Shown: one piece after another, positions 40,667-51,699 of the stretch
How the letters are laid out: each line of letters opens with the position of its first letter
Position numbering within the stretch: position 1 is the first letter of the stretch
NCBI GenBank assembly: GCA_051872415.1
Contig: JBJEDW010000042.1
Coordinates: 56,850-120,849 of the forward strand
Direction of reading: 5' to 3'
Source: Bacilli bacterium
GTDB taxonomy: Bacteria; Bacillota_I; Bacilli_A; RF39; UBA660
Length of the DNA stretch: 64,000 nt
Notes under the pieces: generated by a model
What the model was told of the DNA's origin: nothing
The model's database searches: none
The model's input: only the letters and a program-made list of their open reading frames with translations
Program-made: the position numbers and the translations under genes

Positions 40667-40897
40667 TTAGTTATTTATATTTTCTTTTTTTAGTTTTGCT
40701 TCAATTTGAACAATACAAAATAAATTATCTGCTAATTCTTCACTGCCCATATAATCTAATATTTCATCTTTATCAGTAAGCCCTATTCGGTTTGCTATTT
40801 GCTTAGCATTTTCTCCACCATACAAACCTTGATAACCATAATTAGTAAATTTACCACAATTGTCTAATCCTTCAAAAATAACTAACACGCCTATCAC
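40667..40897 (-). CDS. Hypothetical small protein (76 aa)
   Basis: ORF only. Lies in a region of decayed phage-like fragments; a DinD/Bro-like C-terminal fragment MTHHKVGKAVRETIKRLDGTLPENLPTPKKSIAQIE is at 40505-40645 on the minus strand. Confidence 0.3.
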   Translation of the reverse strand: MIGVLVIFEGLDNCGKFTNYGYQGLYGGENAKQIANRIGLTDKDEILDYMGSEELADNLFCIVQIEAKLKKENINN

Positions 40898-41023
40898 CTA
40901 ACATATACATTATAGCATTAAAATATGACTTTTTATCAAAAAAGACAATCTATTATTAAATAAATCATCCTTATATTTACTAGGTTTTATAGCTATTCTT
41001 CATATTTGGGATATTCCAACACC

Positions 41024-41059
41024 TTAATGACCTTCATCAATAGCAACCCTATAATTCAT
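41024..41059 (-). other. Second amidase 5' stub (MNYRVAIDEGH-stop), followed by a diverged copy of the element right-arm sequence
   Basis: ATGAATTATAGGGTTGCTATTGATGAAGGTCATTAA, then AGGTGTTGGAATATCCCAAATATGAAGAATAG, about 70% identical to the 40240-40273 arm. Confidence 0.5.
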
Positions 41060-41110
41060 AAACATCACCACTTAATTTTATGCAAAGTAAAAAGAAATAA
41101 TTATTAGAAA

Positions 41111-43027
41111 CTATTTCTTAATACTATCATATAAAACAGCATAACTATAAAGATTAATGCCATCATCATTTGGATGAATACAATCAACATAATATGAAAA
41201 AGCATTGTGACTATCCAAAAACTTTTCTATATAATTATTTGGATTAATATAAACATAATTATTCTCTAGAGCATAACTATAAAGAGCAGAAGAATACTCC
41301 TCAATAAGCATACTTTTTTCATTAAAACTAATTCTAGAAACACTATCATTTATCAAACTATACCAAGGGGCAATTAAAACAACTTTAGCTTTTTTATTTT
41401 TTATAAACTTAACAAGTTTATCAATATTTTCAATATATTCGCTACTTGTCATTGCACATCTTTTAGAATCCCTATATCTAATATCATTAATCCCTAAAGC
41501 TATAAAATAAACATCAGAATCACTTTCACTAATTTTTGAAGAAAAATTATCAATAACATCAACAGTTGTATAACCACTTTTAGAAATATTATTAACCCTA
41601 ACATTTGGGTATAACTCCATAAGAGGTAAATACCAACCTTTTTCATTATTCTTACTAATACCACTTGTAATACTATCACCAATAAAAGAAACAGAAGTAG
41701 CTTTATCCAAAGAACTTTTTAAACTACTTTTTTCCAAAACAGAAGATAAATCCAAATCAATATCCTCATCCTTATAAACAAAATATCTTTTTTGAAGCTG
41801 AGAGACCTCTATACTTTTACCAATCATTGAAGAAGTAACAATTTCATGAACCTTATTAGCTCTTTCTAATTCTTTAGAATCAAAACTATTATACACATCA
41901 TTATTTTCATAAATATCATAAATTGGTACTGCTTGATACTTTCCTTTAGAAATAAGCTTAGTATACATAGGAATAATGCTAGCTTTATCAACTTTTTTTG
42001 TTTTTTTATTAATATAAATTTCTGCAATAGCAGTACTATCACTATCATCTTTAACATATGAATTAGCAAAACTACCTAAAGAATTTACAATAAGCGTATC
42101 ACCCTCAAATAATACAGAAGAAGTAGCATGAGAATTATTTCCTAAAATAATATCTGCACCATATGAAATAAATATATCATTCCATTCTTCCTGCATTTTA
42201 TTAGTTTCATGTACAAATTGAGTCCCCATATGAGGCATAACAAGAATCAAATCAGCCAAACTTTTTTTAGCAAGCTCAAAATCTTTCTTAACCATTGCCT
42301 TAACCTTTTGAAAATTCTTACTATCACTAGAAACAATCACACTTGTCAAATTAGGTTCATCATAAATAAAATAATCACTATCATAATAATTAGAACTTAC
42401 AGAATAAGATAAAACAGCTATTTTTATTCCTTTAACATTAATAATTTTAACTTTACTTTTATCTATTGCACTTTTATAAGACCCAGTATGATCAAGCCCT
42501 ATTTTATCCAAATAATTTATAGTATTAAAAACACCATCTTTACCCTTATCCATTAAATGATTATTCGCAGTACTAACAAAGTCAATTCCAGAAGCCTTAA
42601 CAGAATCTGCAAAAGCAGTTGGAAAACCTAAATATAGTTTATTCCCATCATCATAATTACTTGTAGAATATCCCATTTCAGAATTCGAAACAGGACCTCC
42701 AAGCACCCCGATACAAAAATCAGACTCAGAAAAATATTTTTTTACTCTTTCAAACATATAATCAAAATTATATTTTTTAGAAGAAGAATCATAAGAATAA
42801 TTAACTTGATCTTTAAGTAAACTCAAATCTCCAACATAAGAGATAGAAACATAAGAATTATCTTCATTAGAACTTATCTTAGAATTTTTTACCAAAGAAC
42901 AAATACCATAACCTGCTAAAACAACTAAAAAAAGAAACATAATCAAAAAAAATAATAGTAACAATTTAAATTTATTTCTTTCAAAAAAAGATTTATACAT
43001 CAAAACAATCCTCCAGTAACAACACAA
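41111..43027 (-). CDS. CapA/PGA_cap-like metallophosphatase fused to a C-terminal SGNH/GDSL hydrolase domain, membrane-anchored
   Basis: N-terminal TM, a metallophosphoesterase-like capsule-synthesis region, and C-terminal FIGDSITSG plus a DxxH-like SGNH block. Confidence 0.55.
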   Translation of the reverse strand: MCCYWRIVLMYKSFFERNKFKLLLLFFLIMFLFLVVLAGYGICSLVKNSKISSNEDNSYVSISYVGDLSLLKDQVNYSYDSSSKKYNFDYMFERVKKYFSESDFCIGVLGGPVSNSEMGYSTSNYDDGNKLYLGFPTAFADSVKASGIDFVSTANNHLMDKGKDGVFNTINYLDKIGLDHTGSYKSAIDKSKVKIINVKGIKIAVLSYSVSSNYYDSDYFIYDEPNLTSVIVSSDSKNFQKVKAMVKKDFELAKKSLADLILVMPHMGTQFVHETNKMQEEWNDIFISYGADIILGNNSHATSSVLFEGDTLIVNSLGSFANSYVKDDSDSTAIAEIYINKKTKKVDKASIIPMYTKLISKGKYQAVPIYDIYENNDVYNSFDSKELERANKVHEIVTSSMIGKSIEVSQLQKRYFVYKDEDIDLDLSSVLEKSSLKSSLDKATSVSFIGDSITSGISKNNEKGWYLPLMELYPNVRVNNISKSGYTTVDVIDNFSSKISESDSDVYFIALGINDIRYRDSKRCAMTSSEYIENIDKLVKFIKNKKAKVVLIAPWYSLINDSVSRISFNEKSMLIEEYSSALYSYALENNYVYINPNNYIEKFLDSHNAFSYYVDCIHPNDDGINLYSYAVLYDSIKK

Positions 43028-43067
43028 ATATATTAATAGTATATCAACAAAACAAAAGAAAAAGAAA

Positions 43068-43589
43068 CTATTTTACAATAATTTCATCAAAACTTTTTCT
43101 AGGTCTCATCTTAGGTTTTTCTAAAGACCTTCCAATAGCAAGACTAGATACACATTCCAAAGAAACACCAGTAATTTTACTTATTTCATCTTTCACATAA
43201 TTAGTATTAGCAATCCATAAAGAACCATATCCCATTTCAGTACACTTTAAATGCATACTTAAAGTAAAAGCACCAATAGATAACATATCATTATCACGAC
43301 TTCCTGTACTCTTATCATAAAATATCAAAATCAAAACAGGAGCTTCTTTTATTATTCTCGCAGTATTAGTAATACTAGGAGCTAAATTAGCCTTTTCAAA
43401 AAGAGTATCCGCAATTAAATTCTTTTCATCACTTTTAACTATCTTAACCTTCCAAGGTTGTCTATTATGAGCAGAAGGAGCATAGATTCCAAATTCTATT
43501 ATTTTATATAAATCATCTAAACCAACATCTTCAGCAAGATATTTTCTAATACTACGACGATTTAAAACAACATCATCAAATTTCATCAT
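43068..43589 (-). CDS. Nitroreductase family protein
   Basis: RRSIRKY and GIYAPSAHNRQPW motifs. Confidence 0.8.
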   Translation of the reverse strand: MMKFDDVVLNRRSIRKYLAEDVGLDDLYKIIEFGIYAPSAHNRQPWKVKIVKSDEKNLIADTLFEKANLAPSITNTARIIKEAPVLILIFYDKSTGSRDNDMLSIGAFTLSMHLKCTEMGYGSLWIANTNYVKDEISKITGVSLECVSSLAIGRSLEKPKMRPRKSFDEIIVK

Positions 43590-44566
43590 CTACCAAGCCC
43601 AACTTTTTCTTTAACAAGTTCATACTTAACTCTAGCAATCTCTCTAGTTTTAGAAATTCCCCTATCAAGAATTTTATCAAGTTCATCACTTTTTATCAAT
43701 TCTCTATAACGAGCTTGTATTTTAGAAACTTCATCGCACACAACATCCGCAACCTTTTCTTTAAAATTACCATAATTTGAAGTCTTAAACTCATCTTCTA
43801 TCTCTTTAACACTTTTCAAAGTAAGAGCACTATAAATATTAATTAAATTAGAAATACCAGGTTTATTTTCCATATCAAACTTAACAGACATTTCACTATC
43901 CGTAGTAGCACTCTTTATCTTTTTTCTAATATCCTTAACATCATCTAAAAGTCTAATAACCCCTTTAGGATTATCACTAGATTTACTCATCTTTTTCAAA
44001 GGATCAACTAAATCCATAATTTTAGTACCACTATCACTAATCATAACATCAGGCACTTTAAAAGTATCTCCATATTTTTTATTAAAACGAATAGCAATAT
44101 CCCTAGCAATTTCAACATGTTGTTTTTGATCAATCCCTACTGGAACATAATCAACATCATAAGTCAAAATATCACTAGCCATCAAAACCGGATAAGTAAA
44201 AAGTCCTGCAGAAAAATTAGCATTTTTACGACTCTTATCTTTAAACTGAGTCATACGAGAAAGCTCTCCAAAATAAGTATTACACTCTAAAATCCATGAA
44301 ATGTTCGCATGATATTCATTCTCAGATTGAATAAAAATAACATTTTTCTCTGGGTCAATACCACATGCCAAATAAAGAGCCACTAAATTTCTAATATTAT
44401 CATGAAGCACTTTTGGATCCTGACTAACAGTAATTGAATGTAAATCCGCAATAAAAATATAACTTTCAAACTCATCCTGATACTTAACCATTTGCTTAAT
44501 CGCACCAATATAATTACCAAGAGTAATAACCCCTGTAGGTTGAAGTCCAGTTAACATTCTTTTCAT
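43586..44566 (-). CDS. trpS: Tryptophan--tRNA ligase
   Basis: HIGH-like (TGLQPTG..TLGNYIG) and KMSKS motifs. Class Ic size. Confidence 0.9.
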   Translation of the reverse strand: MKRMLTGLQPTGVITLGNYIGAIKQMVKYQDEFESYIFIADLHSITVSQDPKVLHDNIRNLVALYLACGIDPEKNVIFIQSENEYHANISWILECNTYFGELSRMTQFKDKSRKNANFSAGLFTYPVLMASDILTYDVDYVPVGIDQKQHVEIARDIAIRFNKKYGDTFKVPDVMISDSGTKIMDLVDPLKKMSKSSDNPKGVIRLLDDVKDIRKKIKSATTDSEMSVKFDMENKPGISNLINIYSALTLKSVKEIEDEFKTSNYGNFKEKVADVVCDEVSKIQARYRELIKSDELDKILDRGISKTREIARVKYELVKEKVGLGR

Positions 44567-44842
44567 AAATAAACACCTCTAATCAATTATAGCACAACTC
44601 TCATTAAAAACTAAACAATTAAAAATAATATATTCCAAAAACAAGACATTTTAAAATATAAAACCCATAAAAAAACAAATAATTAAAAGTAATAATATTA
44701 AAAATAAAGATAACACTCAAAATAAAATATCAAAATTACTATAAAAAGACCAAATCAAACAAAAAATTACAAAAAAAATTAATCTCAAACACAAAAATTG
44801 CCAATTTGCAAGCAACCTAAAACTAATCTATAATAAAAAACC

Positions 44843-46381
44843 ATGGAAACAAAAATAAATAAACTTCTAAACAATATAAATGGATATCCCTTAGACAAAG
44901 CCCAAAGAAAAGTAGTAACCGATGAAAAAAAACATCTCTTAGTTTCTGCAGGAGCAGGTTCTGGAAAAACCCTAACCATAATCGGTAAAATAAGATACCT
45001 AATAGAAATAAAAAATTTAAAAGAAGAAGAAATAATCTGTATCTCATTCACTAATGAAGCAACAAATAATCTTAAAAACAAACTAAAAGAAAACTATAAT
45101 TATAACATTCCCTGCTATACATTTCACAAACTAGGACTAGAAATCCTAAAAAATGAAAAATATCAAATATCTCAAGCAGACACATTACCATATATAATAA
45201 ATGAATACTTCATATCACTAATAAACGAAAATCCAGAAAATAAAAAAAGAACCCTTTCATTTTTAAACATAAAATATACCTCCAAAAACTTTCAAAAAAA
45301 ATATCAAAACTTATCAAACAAAGACTTAGAAAACTTAAAAAATCTAATAGAAAAATTCATCAATCTCTTCAAAGCAAATGATTATCCAAGCACAGAATTT
45401 ATTAACTTCTTAAAAAACGAAAAAAATAAAAAATACCAAAATTTCCTAATCTTAACTTACTATATATACCATATCTACCAAAAAGAACTAGAGTCGAAAA
45501 AAGAAATAGATTTTTCTGACATGATTTCTTTAGCAACAAAACACGTAGAAAAACATGGTTTTAAAAACAAAATAAAATACATAATCATAGATGAATTCCA
45601 AGACACCTCAAAAGTAAGATTCAATCTTATCAAAGCAATACTCAAAAAAACAAATTCATCCCTCCTCGTAGTAGGAGACGATTTTCAATCTATCTATCGT
45701 TTTACAGGATGCGACCTATCTCTTTTCCTAGAGTTTAAAAATCTCTTTAAAGATAGCAAAATACTAAAAATAGAAAACACTTACAGAAACAGTCAAGAAT
45801 TAATAAATATTGCAGGAAATTTCATCATGAAAAACAAAAATCAATTAAAAAAAGACTTAAAATCAATAAAACATAACAAATATCCTATTCAAATAATCTA
45901 TTACAAAAACTTCATAAAAACATTTACCAAACTAATAGAACATATTCATAAAACCACCAATAAACCTATTCTAATTCTAGGAAGAAATAACTTTGATGTA
46001 AACAAATTAACAAGCACCAACCTCTTCACCTTAAATAAACAAAATCTAATATATAACAAAAACAAAGACATAAAAATGACTTATTTAACAGTACACCGTT
46101 CAAAAGGACTTGAAGAAGAAAATGTCATTATAATAAATCTTACAAATAATAAACTAGGATTCCCAAACAAAATAACAGATCATACTGTACTAAAACATGT
46201 ATCACAAAAAGAAGATATCTATCCTCATGCCGAAGAAAGAAGACTCTTTTACGTAGCAATAACTAGAACAAAAAACATAAGCTATCTTTTAACACCTTTA
46301 AAAAATGAATCAATTTTCATAACAGAACTTAAAAAAGATTACAAAAACAAAATAAAAGTAATCAAAAACAATAAATTCTGA
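44843..46381 (+). CDS. UvrD/Rep-family SF1 helicase (short, 512 aa)
   Basis: AGAGSGKT Walker A, DEFQD motif II and a C-terminal VHRSKGLE block. Confidence 0.75.
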   Translation: METKINKLLNNINGYPLDKAQRKVVTDEKKHLLVSAGAGSGKTLTIIGKIRYLIEIKNLKEEEIICISFTNEATNNLKNKLKENYNYNIPCYTFHKLGLEILKNEKYQISQADTLPYIINEYFISLINENPENKKRTLSFLNIKYTSKNFQKKYQNLSNKDLENLKNLIEKFINLFKANDYPSTEFINFLKNEKNKKYQNFLILTYYIYHIYQKELESKKEIDFSDMISLATKHVEKHGFKNKIKYIIIDEFQDTSKVRFNLIKAILKKTNSSLLVVGDDFQSIYRFTGCDLSLFLEFKNLFKDSKILKIENTYRNSQELINIAGNFIMKNKNQLKKDLKSIKHNKYPIQIIYYKNFIKTFTKLIEHIHKTTNKPILILGRNNFDVNKLTSTNLFTLNKQNLIYNKNKDIKMTYLTVHRSKGLEEENVIIINLTNNKLGFPNKITDHTVLKHVSQKEDIYPHAEERRLFYVAITRTKNISYLLTPLKNESIFITELKKDYKNKIKVIKNNKF

Positions 46382-48409
46382 TTACTTAAACTTATTCCTA
46401 ATTCTAAGGGTATTAAATATTGTAATTAATGTAACACCAGTATCTGCAAAAACTGCAAACCACATAGTAGTAAGACCAAAAACACTTAAAACAAGAATAA
46501 TAATCTTAACACCAATAGCAAAAACAAGATTTTGTTTAATTATATAATTTGTATATTTAGAAATATCAATACTCTTTATAATCTTCATCAAATCATCACT
46601 CATAATAACGACATCAGAAGCCTCTATTGCAGAAGGAGTGCCTATTGCTCCCATACTAATACCAACATCAGCACGTTTTATAACAGGAGCATCATTAATC
46701 CCATCACCAACAAAAGCAGTAAGCTTTCCATCACTAGAAACTTTTTCATATTCTTTAAATTTATCCTCAGGAAGCATCTCATATTTGACATCAGAAAGCT
46801 TAAGTTTTTTTGAAACACTAACTGCAGCATCTTTACGATCACCTGTAAACATCATAGTACTTATTCCCATTTCACTAAGTCTTGAAACAAGTTCAAAAGC
46901 ACTTTTTTTAATACAATCACTCAAACTAATCGAAGCAACATGCTTTCCATCTATATTAACATGTAAATTAGTATCAACTTTACAACCTTTACAAATTTTA
47001 TTTGTACCTATCTTTACACTTTTACCCTTAAACTTATAACTAATTCCTTTACCAGAAATTTCTTTAAAATCCTGGACCATACCAGGGTCAATCACGCCAT
47101 CATAAATATTTAAAATAGACTTAGCAATAGGATGAAAAGACAAAGACTCCCCAAATGCAACTATTTTAATAATTTCATCTTTACTATAACTATCATCTAA
47201 AACCTCAACATCAGAAACTTCAAAAAAGCCAGTTGTCAAAGTACCAGTCTTATCAAAAATTATTCTCTTCAAATGAACTAAATTATCTAAATAATTGCTT
47301 CCTTTAATTAAAATACCATTTCTAGAGGCAGAACCAATTCCTGTAAAATAAGAAAGAGGTACAGATATAGCAATAGCACAAGGACAAGCAATAACTAAAA
47401 AAGTAAGTCCTCTATATAAAGAATCATCAAAAGAAACACCAAAAACAGGAAGTAAAAAAGTAGTAAGAATAGCCAAAACAAGAACAATTGGAGTATATAC
47501 TTTACTAAACTTAGTAACAAAAGTTTCAGTCTTAGCTTTCTTATCACCAGCATTCATTGCAAGATCCAAAATCCTCGAAGTTGTAGAATTTTCATAAATT
47601 TCAGTTGCACATAAAACAAAAGCATCACCTTCATTAATAGAACCTGAAAGAATTTTATCGCCTAAAGTAGCATTATATAAATAAGATTCTCCAGTAAGAG
47701 AAGACATATCAAGCTTAGCAACACCTTCCTTCAAAACACCATCAACCGGAACCTTTTCCCCTCTTTTAACAACCAAAATATCCCCAACTTTAATATCATA
47801 AACATCTATTTTTTTAAGTGTAGAACCAACTTTAACATTAGCATAATCTTGCTTTATTTCTAACAAACTCTTAATAGAAGTCCTAGTATTATTAATCGCC
47901 TTCTCTTCTAAAATCTTACCAATAGCATAAAGAAAAGCAACCATCATACCTTCCAGAGCTTGAGAAACACAAATCGCACCAATACAAGAAATACAAATAA
48001 GAGCATTTTCATTTATAGAATGACTCCTAATAAACATCAAAACAGCATTGACAAAAGGCTTATAAAGAAGAAGAACATAAGAAAGTCCAATAAAAATAAC
48101 TTTTAAAAACAAAGAAAAATCTAAATAAAAACCTAACCCTCCAAAGAAAAGAGCCACAATAGGAATAAACATTTGATACTTCTTCAAACTAACTCTAACA
48201 GAACTAGTAACATAACTAGAAGGTTCAACCCTTTTTATAATTCTATTAATCTCAAAAGCAGAAATATCATCATCAGAATAAAAAACAAGAGTAGACGCTC
48301 CAAAATTAACTTTAACATTCTTAAAACTTAAATTTTTACTTAATTCACTTTCAATCTTTCTAGCACAATCAGCACAATCAAGACCAACAATATCATAAGT
48401 ATACTTCAT
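46382..48409 (-). CDS. cadA: Heavy-metal translocating P1B-type ATPase (Cd/Zn/Co type)
   Basis: N-terminal HMA GLDCADCA, CPC transduction motif, DKTGTLT, and GDGINDAP. Confidence 0.9.
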   Translation of the reverse strand: MKYTYDIVGLDCADCARKIESELSKNLSFKNVKVNFGASTLVFYSDDDISAFEINRIIKRVEPSSYVTSSVRVSLKKYQMFIPIVALFFGGLGFYLDFSLFLKVIFIGLSYVLLLYKPFVNAVLMFIRSHSINENALICISCIGAICVSQALEGMMVAFLYAIGKILEEKAINNTRTSIKSLLEIKQDYANVKVGSTLKKIDVYDIKVGDILVVKRGEKVPVDGVLKEGVAKLDMSSLTGESYLYNATLGDKILSGSINEGDAFVLCATEIYENSTTSRILDLAMNAGDKKAKTETFVTKFSKVYTPIVLVLAILTTFLLPVFGVSFDDSLYRGLTFLVIACPCAIAISVPLSYFTGIGSASRNGILIKGSNYLDNLVHLKRIIFDKTGTLTTGFFEVSDVEVLDDSYSKDEIIKIVAFGESLSFHPIAKSILNIYDGVIDPGMVQDFKEISGKGISYKFKGKSVKIGTNKICKGCKVDTNLHVNIDGKHVASISLSDCIKKSAFELVSRLSEMGISTMMFTGDRKDAAVSVSKKLKLSDVKYEMLPEDKFKEYEKVSSDGKLTAFVGDGINDAPVIKRADVGISMGAIGTPSAIEASDVVIMSDDLMKIIKSIDISKYTNYIIKQNLVFAIGVKIIILVLSVFGLTTMWFAVFADTGVTLITIFNTLRIRNKFK

Positions 48410-48768
48410 TTCATCATCCTCCTACAAAGTTCCATAACCTCATCAATTGTTTCATAATTCTTATTATTAATATCATCAATCATACAAGTCTTCATATGAT
48501 TAAGAAGAATTTCTTGCCCTAAACTTTTAATAGCATTATTAACCGCAGAAATTTGAATCAAAATATCATCACAATGACGATCATCACCAATCATCTTACT
48601 TATTCCCCTAACTTGACCTTCTATTCTGTTAAGTCTTTTAACATAATTACCCTTTTCCTCACAACTACGATGAACTGATCTCTTACATCTATCACTTTCT
48701 TTACTCATACTAGTCACTCCAAACTTTTTAACTAAAAAAAGTATATACCCTAGGGAGGTATATGTCAA
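48406..48768 (-). CDS. CsoR/RcnR-family metal-sensing transcriptional repressor (true start probably MSKESDR at 48706)
   Basis: RLNRIEGQVRGI...DDRHCDDILIQISA. Stop overlaps the ATPase start. Confidence 0.8.
   Translation of the reverse strand: MTYTSLGYILFLVKKFGVTSMSKESDRCKRSVHRSCEEKGNYVKRLNRIEGQVRGISKMIGDDRHCDDILIQISAVNNAIKSLGQEILLNHMKTCMIDDINNKNYETIDEVMELCRRMMK
48744..48763. promoter_or_regulatory. Candidate CsoR-type operator TATACC-N7-GGTATA
   Basis: ATATACCCTAGGGAGGTATAT upstream of the csoR-like gene. Resembles known CsoR operators of the form TACCC...GGGTA. Confidence 0.4.
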
Positions 48769-48797
48769 GAAAAAAATGTTAACACAAAAGTTAACAC

Positions 48798-49916
48798 CTA
48801 TTCAAAATACTTATTATACTGACTAATAAAAAATGCATCAGTCATTCCTGCTATATAATCAATAACCTTCCTAGCACTAGAACACTCATTATAAAAAACA
48901 TCCATTTCATTAAGAAAAAGAGTAAAAATATCTTCAGTAACATCTTTATTTTCAATTTGCTTATAATAAAGAGCAAAAAGTTCATTAAACATTTTCTCAT
49001 ATTTCTCTATTTGACTTTTACTATTCGCCTTAAAATATATATTTTCATAATTAAAAGAAATAAGCTTATTCAAAGCATTATAAATATCATCTGAAATCTT
49101 AATATAATCTTTACCAATACTATTATTTATAATATCTTTAACAATAGTATCAACTATACTAGAATTAGAATTTCCAAAAACATCTGAAATATCCTTAGGA
49201 ATATCTTCTTTTCTTATTATTCCAAGTCTAATTGCATCATCTATATCTTTACCTATGTAAGCAACTATATCACTAATTCTAACAACACAACCCTCTAAAG
49301 TCATTGGTCTTACATTTTTTAAAATATCCTTATCTTTATAACTTTTCTCATATTCCAATAGAAAATCATTCACACTCTTAGAAACTGGTCTATATTCTCC
49401 CTCAAGCATTTCTCCATTATGACAAAAAATAGCATCTAAAACCTGAACAGTAATATTATTTCCTTTACCACAATTCTCAATATTCATAAGAGTCCTAACA
49501 CTTTGAACATTATGATTAAAATAACCTTCACCATACCTTAAACTAATTTTATTTAAAATACTTTCTCCAACATGTCCAAAAGGAACATGACCCAAATCAT
49601 GCCCAAGACTAGCAGCCTCAATTAAATCCTCATTTAAATTTAAAGCCCTACCAATAGTCCTAGCAATCTTGCTAACCATTTGAACATGTGTCATTCTCCT
49701 ACTTATCATATCATTATCACTATCAGAAAAAACTTGTGTCTTATCAATATAACGAACATATGACAAAGAATAAATTATCTTATCAATATCTCTAAAAAAA
49801 GGAGTCCTAAAATCCTCTTGAGTAGAAACAAGTCTTTTAGCCTCATTATCAAAACAAGCATATCTAGAAAGATTAAGATTATGTTTTTTCATATTTTGAT
49901 TTATCTTATCATTCAT
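48798..49916 (-). CDS. HD-domain dGTPase-like deoxynucleoside triphosphate triphosphohydrolase
   Basis: HDLGHVPFGH metal-binding motif. Dgt-family architecture. Confidence 0.8.
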   Translation of the reverse strand: MNDKINQNMKKHNLNLSRYACFDNEAKRLVSTQEDFRTPFFRDIDKIIYSLSYVRYIDKTQVFSDSDNDMISRRMTHVQMVSKIARTIGRALNLNEDLIEAASLGHDLGHVPFGHVGESILNKISLRYGEGYFNHNVQSVRTLMNIENCGKGNNITVQVLDAIFCHNGEMLEGEYRPVSKSVNDFLLEYEKSYKDKDILKNVRPMTLEGCVVRISDIVAYIGKDIDDAIRLGIIRKEDIPKDISDVFGNSNSSIVDTIVKDIINNSIGKDYIKISDDIYNALNKLISFNYENIYFKANSKSQIEKYEKMFNELFALYYKQIENKDVTEDIFTLFLNEMDVFYNECSSARKVIDYIAGMTDAFFISQYNKYFE

Positions 49917-50022
49917 ATTATTACCTCACAACCATTAAATATATATTCATTTTAACATATTGGCAAAAAAGCATAAAGATAAAAACAAAAAAAACCTTGC
50001 ACAACAAGGATTACTAACATAA

Positions 50023-50096
50023 TGGCAGGGGTAGCAGGAGTCGAACCCACATCAGCGGTTTTGGAGACCGTTATTCTACCATTGAACTATACCCCT
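50023..50096 (-). tRNA. tRNA-Trp (anticodon CCA)
   Basis: Minus strand AGGGGTATAGTTCAATGGTAGAAT..CTCCAAAAC..GGGTTCGACTCCTGCTACCCCTGCCA. Confidence 0.9.
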
Positions 50097-50171
50097 AACA
50101 ACAAAATAATTATATCTAATATAACACACTTTTGTCAATTATTTTTAGCACATTAACATATTATTAATTAG

Positions 50172-50606
50172 GTGATAAATATGGCAATAGTAAATTATAC
50201 AACTAAAGAAAAAGAATTACTTGCAAGAATAATGAGAGCAGAAGCACTTGGAGATGGAAATCTAGCCATGCTAATGGTTGGGAACGTTATTATAAATAGA
50301 ACAATTGCTAACTGCCTCACTTTCACAAACTTAAGAACCATAACAGATGTAGTGTATCAAAAAAATCAATTTTCTGGAATTAATTCTTCTCTTTTTGTAG
50401 GGAATCCAACAACAAAAGAATTAGAACTAGCTGAAAGAATCCTAAGAGGAGAATACTATCACCCTGCAACAAATGCCCTATGGTTTTTCAATCCAGGAAC
50501 CAATAACCCTTGTCCAACTCTCTGGTACGATCAAAGAAATTCAGGAAAATACAAAAGCCATTGTTTTTATATACCATACCCAGGTGTATGTAGACAACTT
50601 CATTAA
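50172..50606 (+). CDS. SleB/CwlJ-type cell wall hydrolase (Hydrolase_2 domain)
   Basis: LLARIMRAEALGDG...MLMVGNVIINR...VVYQKNQFSG is typical of the spore cortex-lytic catalytic domain. Confidence 0.75.
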   Translation: MINMAIVNYTTKEKELLARIMRAEALGDGNLAMLMVGNVIINRTIANCLTFTNLRTITDVVYQKNQFSGINSSLFVGNPTTKELELAERILRGEYYHPATNALWFFNPGTNNPCPTLWYDQRNSGKYKSHCFYIPYPGVCRQLH

Positions 50607-50706
50607 AAAAATCTCTATAACAGAGAATTTTTTTTATTAAAAACAGATCAAAATATCAAAAAATATCTTAATCTATTATTAAATTTTACCAAAAAATAGA
50701 AATAAA

Positions 50707-51647
50707 TTATGGAATCAAAAGAGTTTGTCCTATTTGCAAAATATCACTAGATAAATTATTAAGCTTAATCAAATCATTAACATTAACATCATAAATTTGA
50801 GCAATTTTCCATAAACTATCTCCACTCTTAACAATATAAGTTTCATATTCACTAGTCTTTGGAATAACAAGCTGTTTACCTATACTAAGCATATTACTGC
50901 TTAAATTATTAGCCTCCTTAAGTTCATCAACTGTAATATTATATTTCTTAGCAATACTCCACAAACTATCACCTGATTTTACTACATAAATAATTTGATC
51001 ACTATTATTTTTATCAATACTAGGTATTAATAGTTGCTGACCTATTTGTAATAAAGTAGTACCCAAGTTATTATAATCAACAATATCATTAACACTCACA
51101 CCATATTGATTAGCAATATTCCACAAAGAATCACCAGATTTTACAGTATAAACAACATAATCACCAGGAGAAACATTAGAAGAAGTCGGAATAACCAAAG
51201 TTTGTCCAATATTAATAAGATTACCACTAAGTCCATTAGCATTCTTTAAACTTTCAACACTAATATCATATTTATTAGCTATTCCATATAAACTATCACC
51301 TTTTTTAACAACATAAGTATTTGCACTAACCCCAGGAAGCGAATAAGGAACACCTATATAATCCACAACAGCTTTAACAACAGCCTCTACATAATCATCT
51401 AAGTTATTCTTAAGCTGACTAATATCATCCTTAGGACTATCAATAAAACCATATTCTACCAAAATAGGTTCAGTCTTTCCTGTTTCTCTATGAATAAAGT
51501 AATAATCCTTAGTAGGATCACTAGGAAGTCTTCTCTGATAATAACTACGAATATTTTGTCCTTCACGAGCTATATTATTAAGAACAGACTTAGACAAAGT
51601 ATCACTATTTCTTAAAGCATAAACTACTTCAGCACCATCGCCACCTG
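50707..51647 (-). pseudogene. C-terminal about 313 codons of a LysM amidase (end of catalytic domain plus 4 LysM repeats), 5' part severed
   Basis: Frame opens at TGA right at the junction. Reads SPGGDGAEVVYALRNSD.., about 90% identical (protein) to 55040..56233. Junction after CACCT 51643-51647. Confidence 0.75.
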
Positions 51648-51699
51648 GTGATGGTCATTGTGTAACATTTTTCTAATTTCTTAATATTTTAAAACTTTA

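Noticed and set aside
40667-40897. Thymidylate kinase-like P-loop (VIFEGLDNCGKFT) in the 76-aa ORF
   Set aside because: The ORF is too short, and the rest of the sequence does not continue the Tmk fold. Likely a chance resemblance within a decayed region.
44567-44842. T-box riboswitch leader upstream of trpS
   Set aside because: Expected in Firmicutes. The 275-bp leader region is low-complexity A/T with no AGGGTGGNACCGCG T-box sequence or specifier/antiterminator structure.
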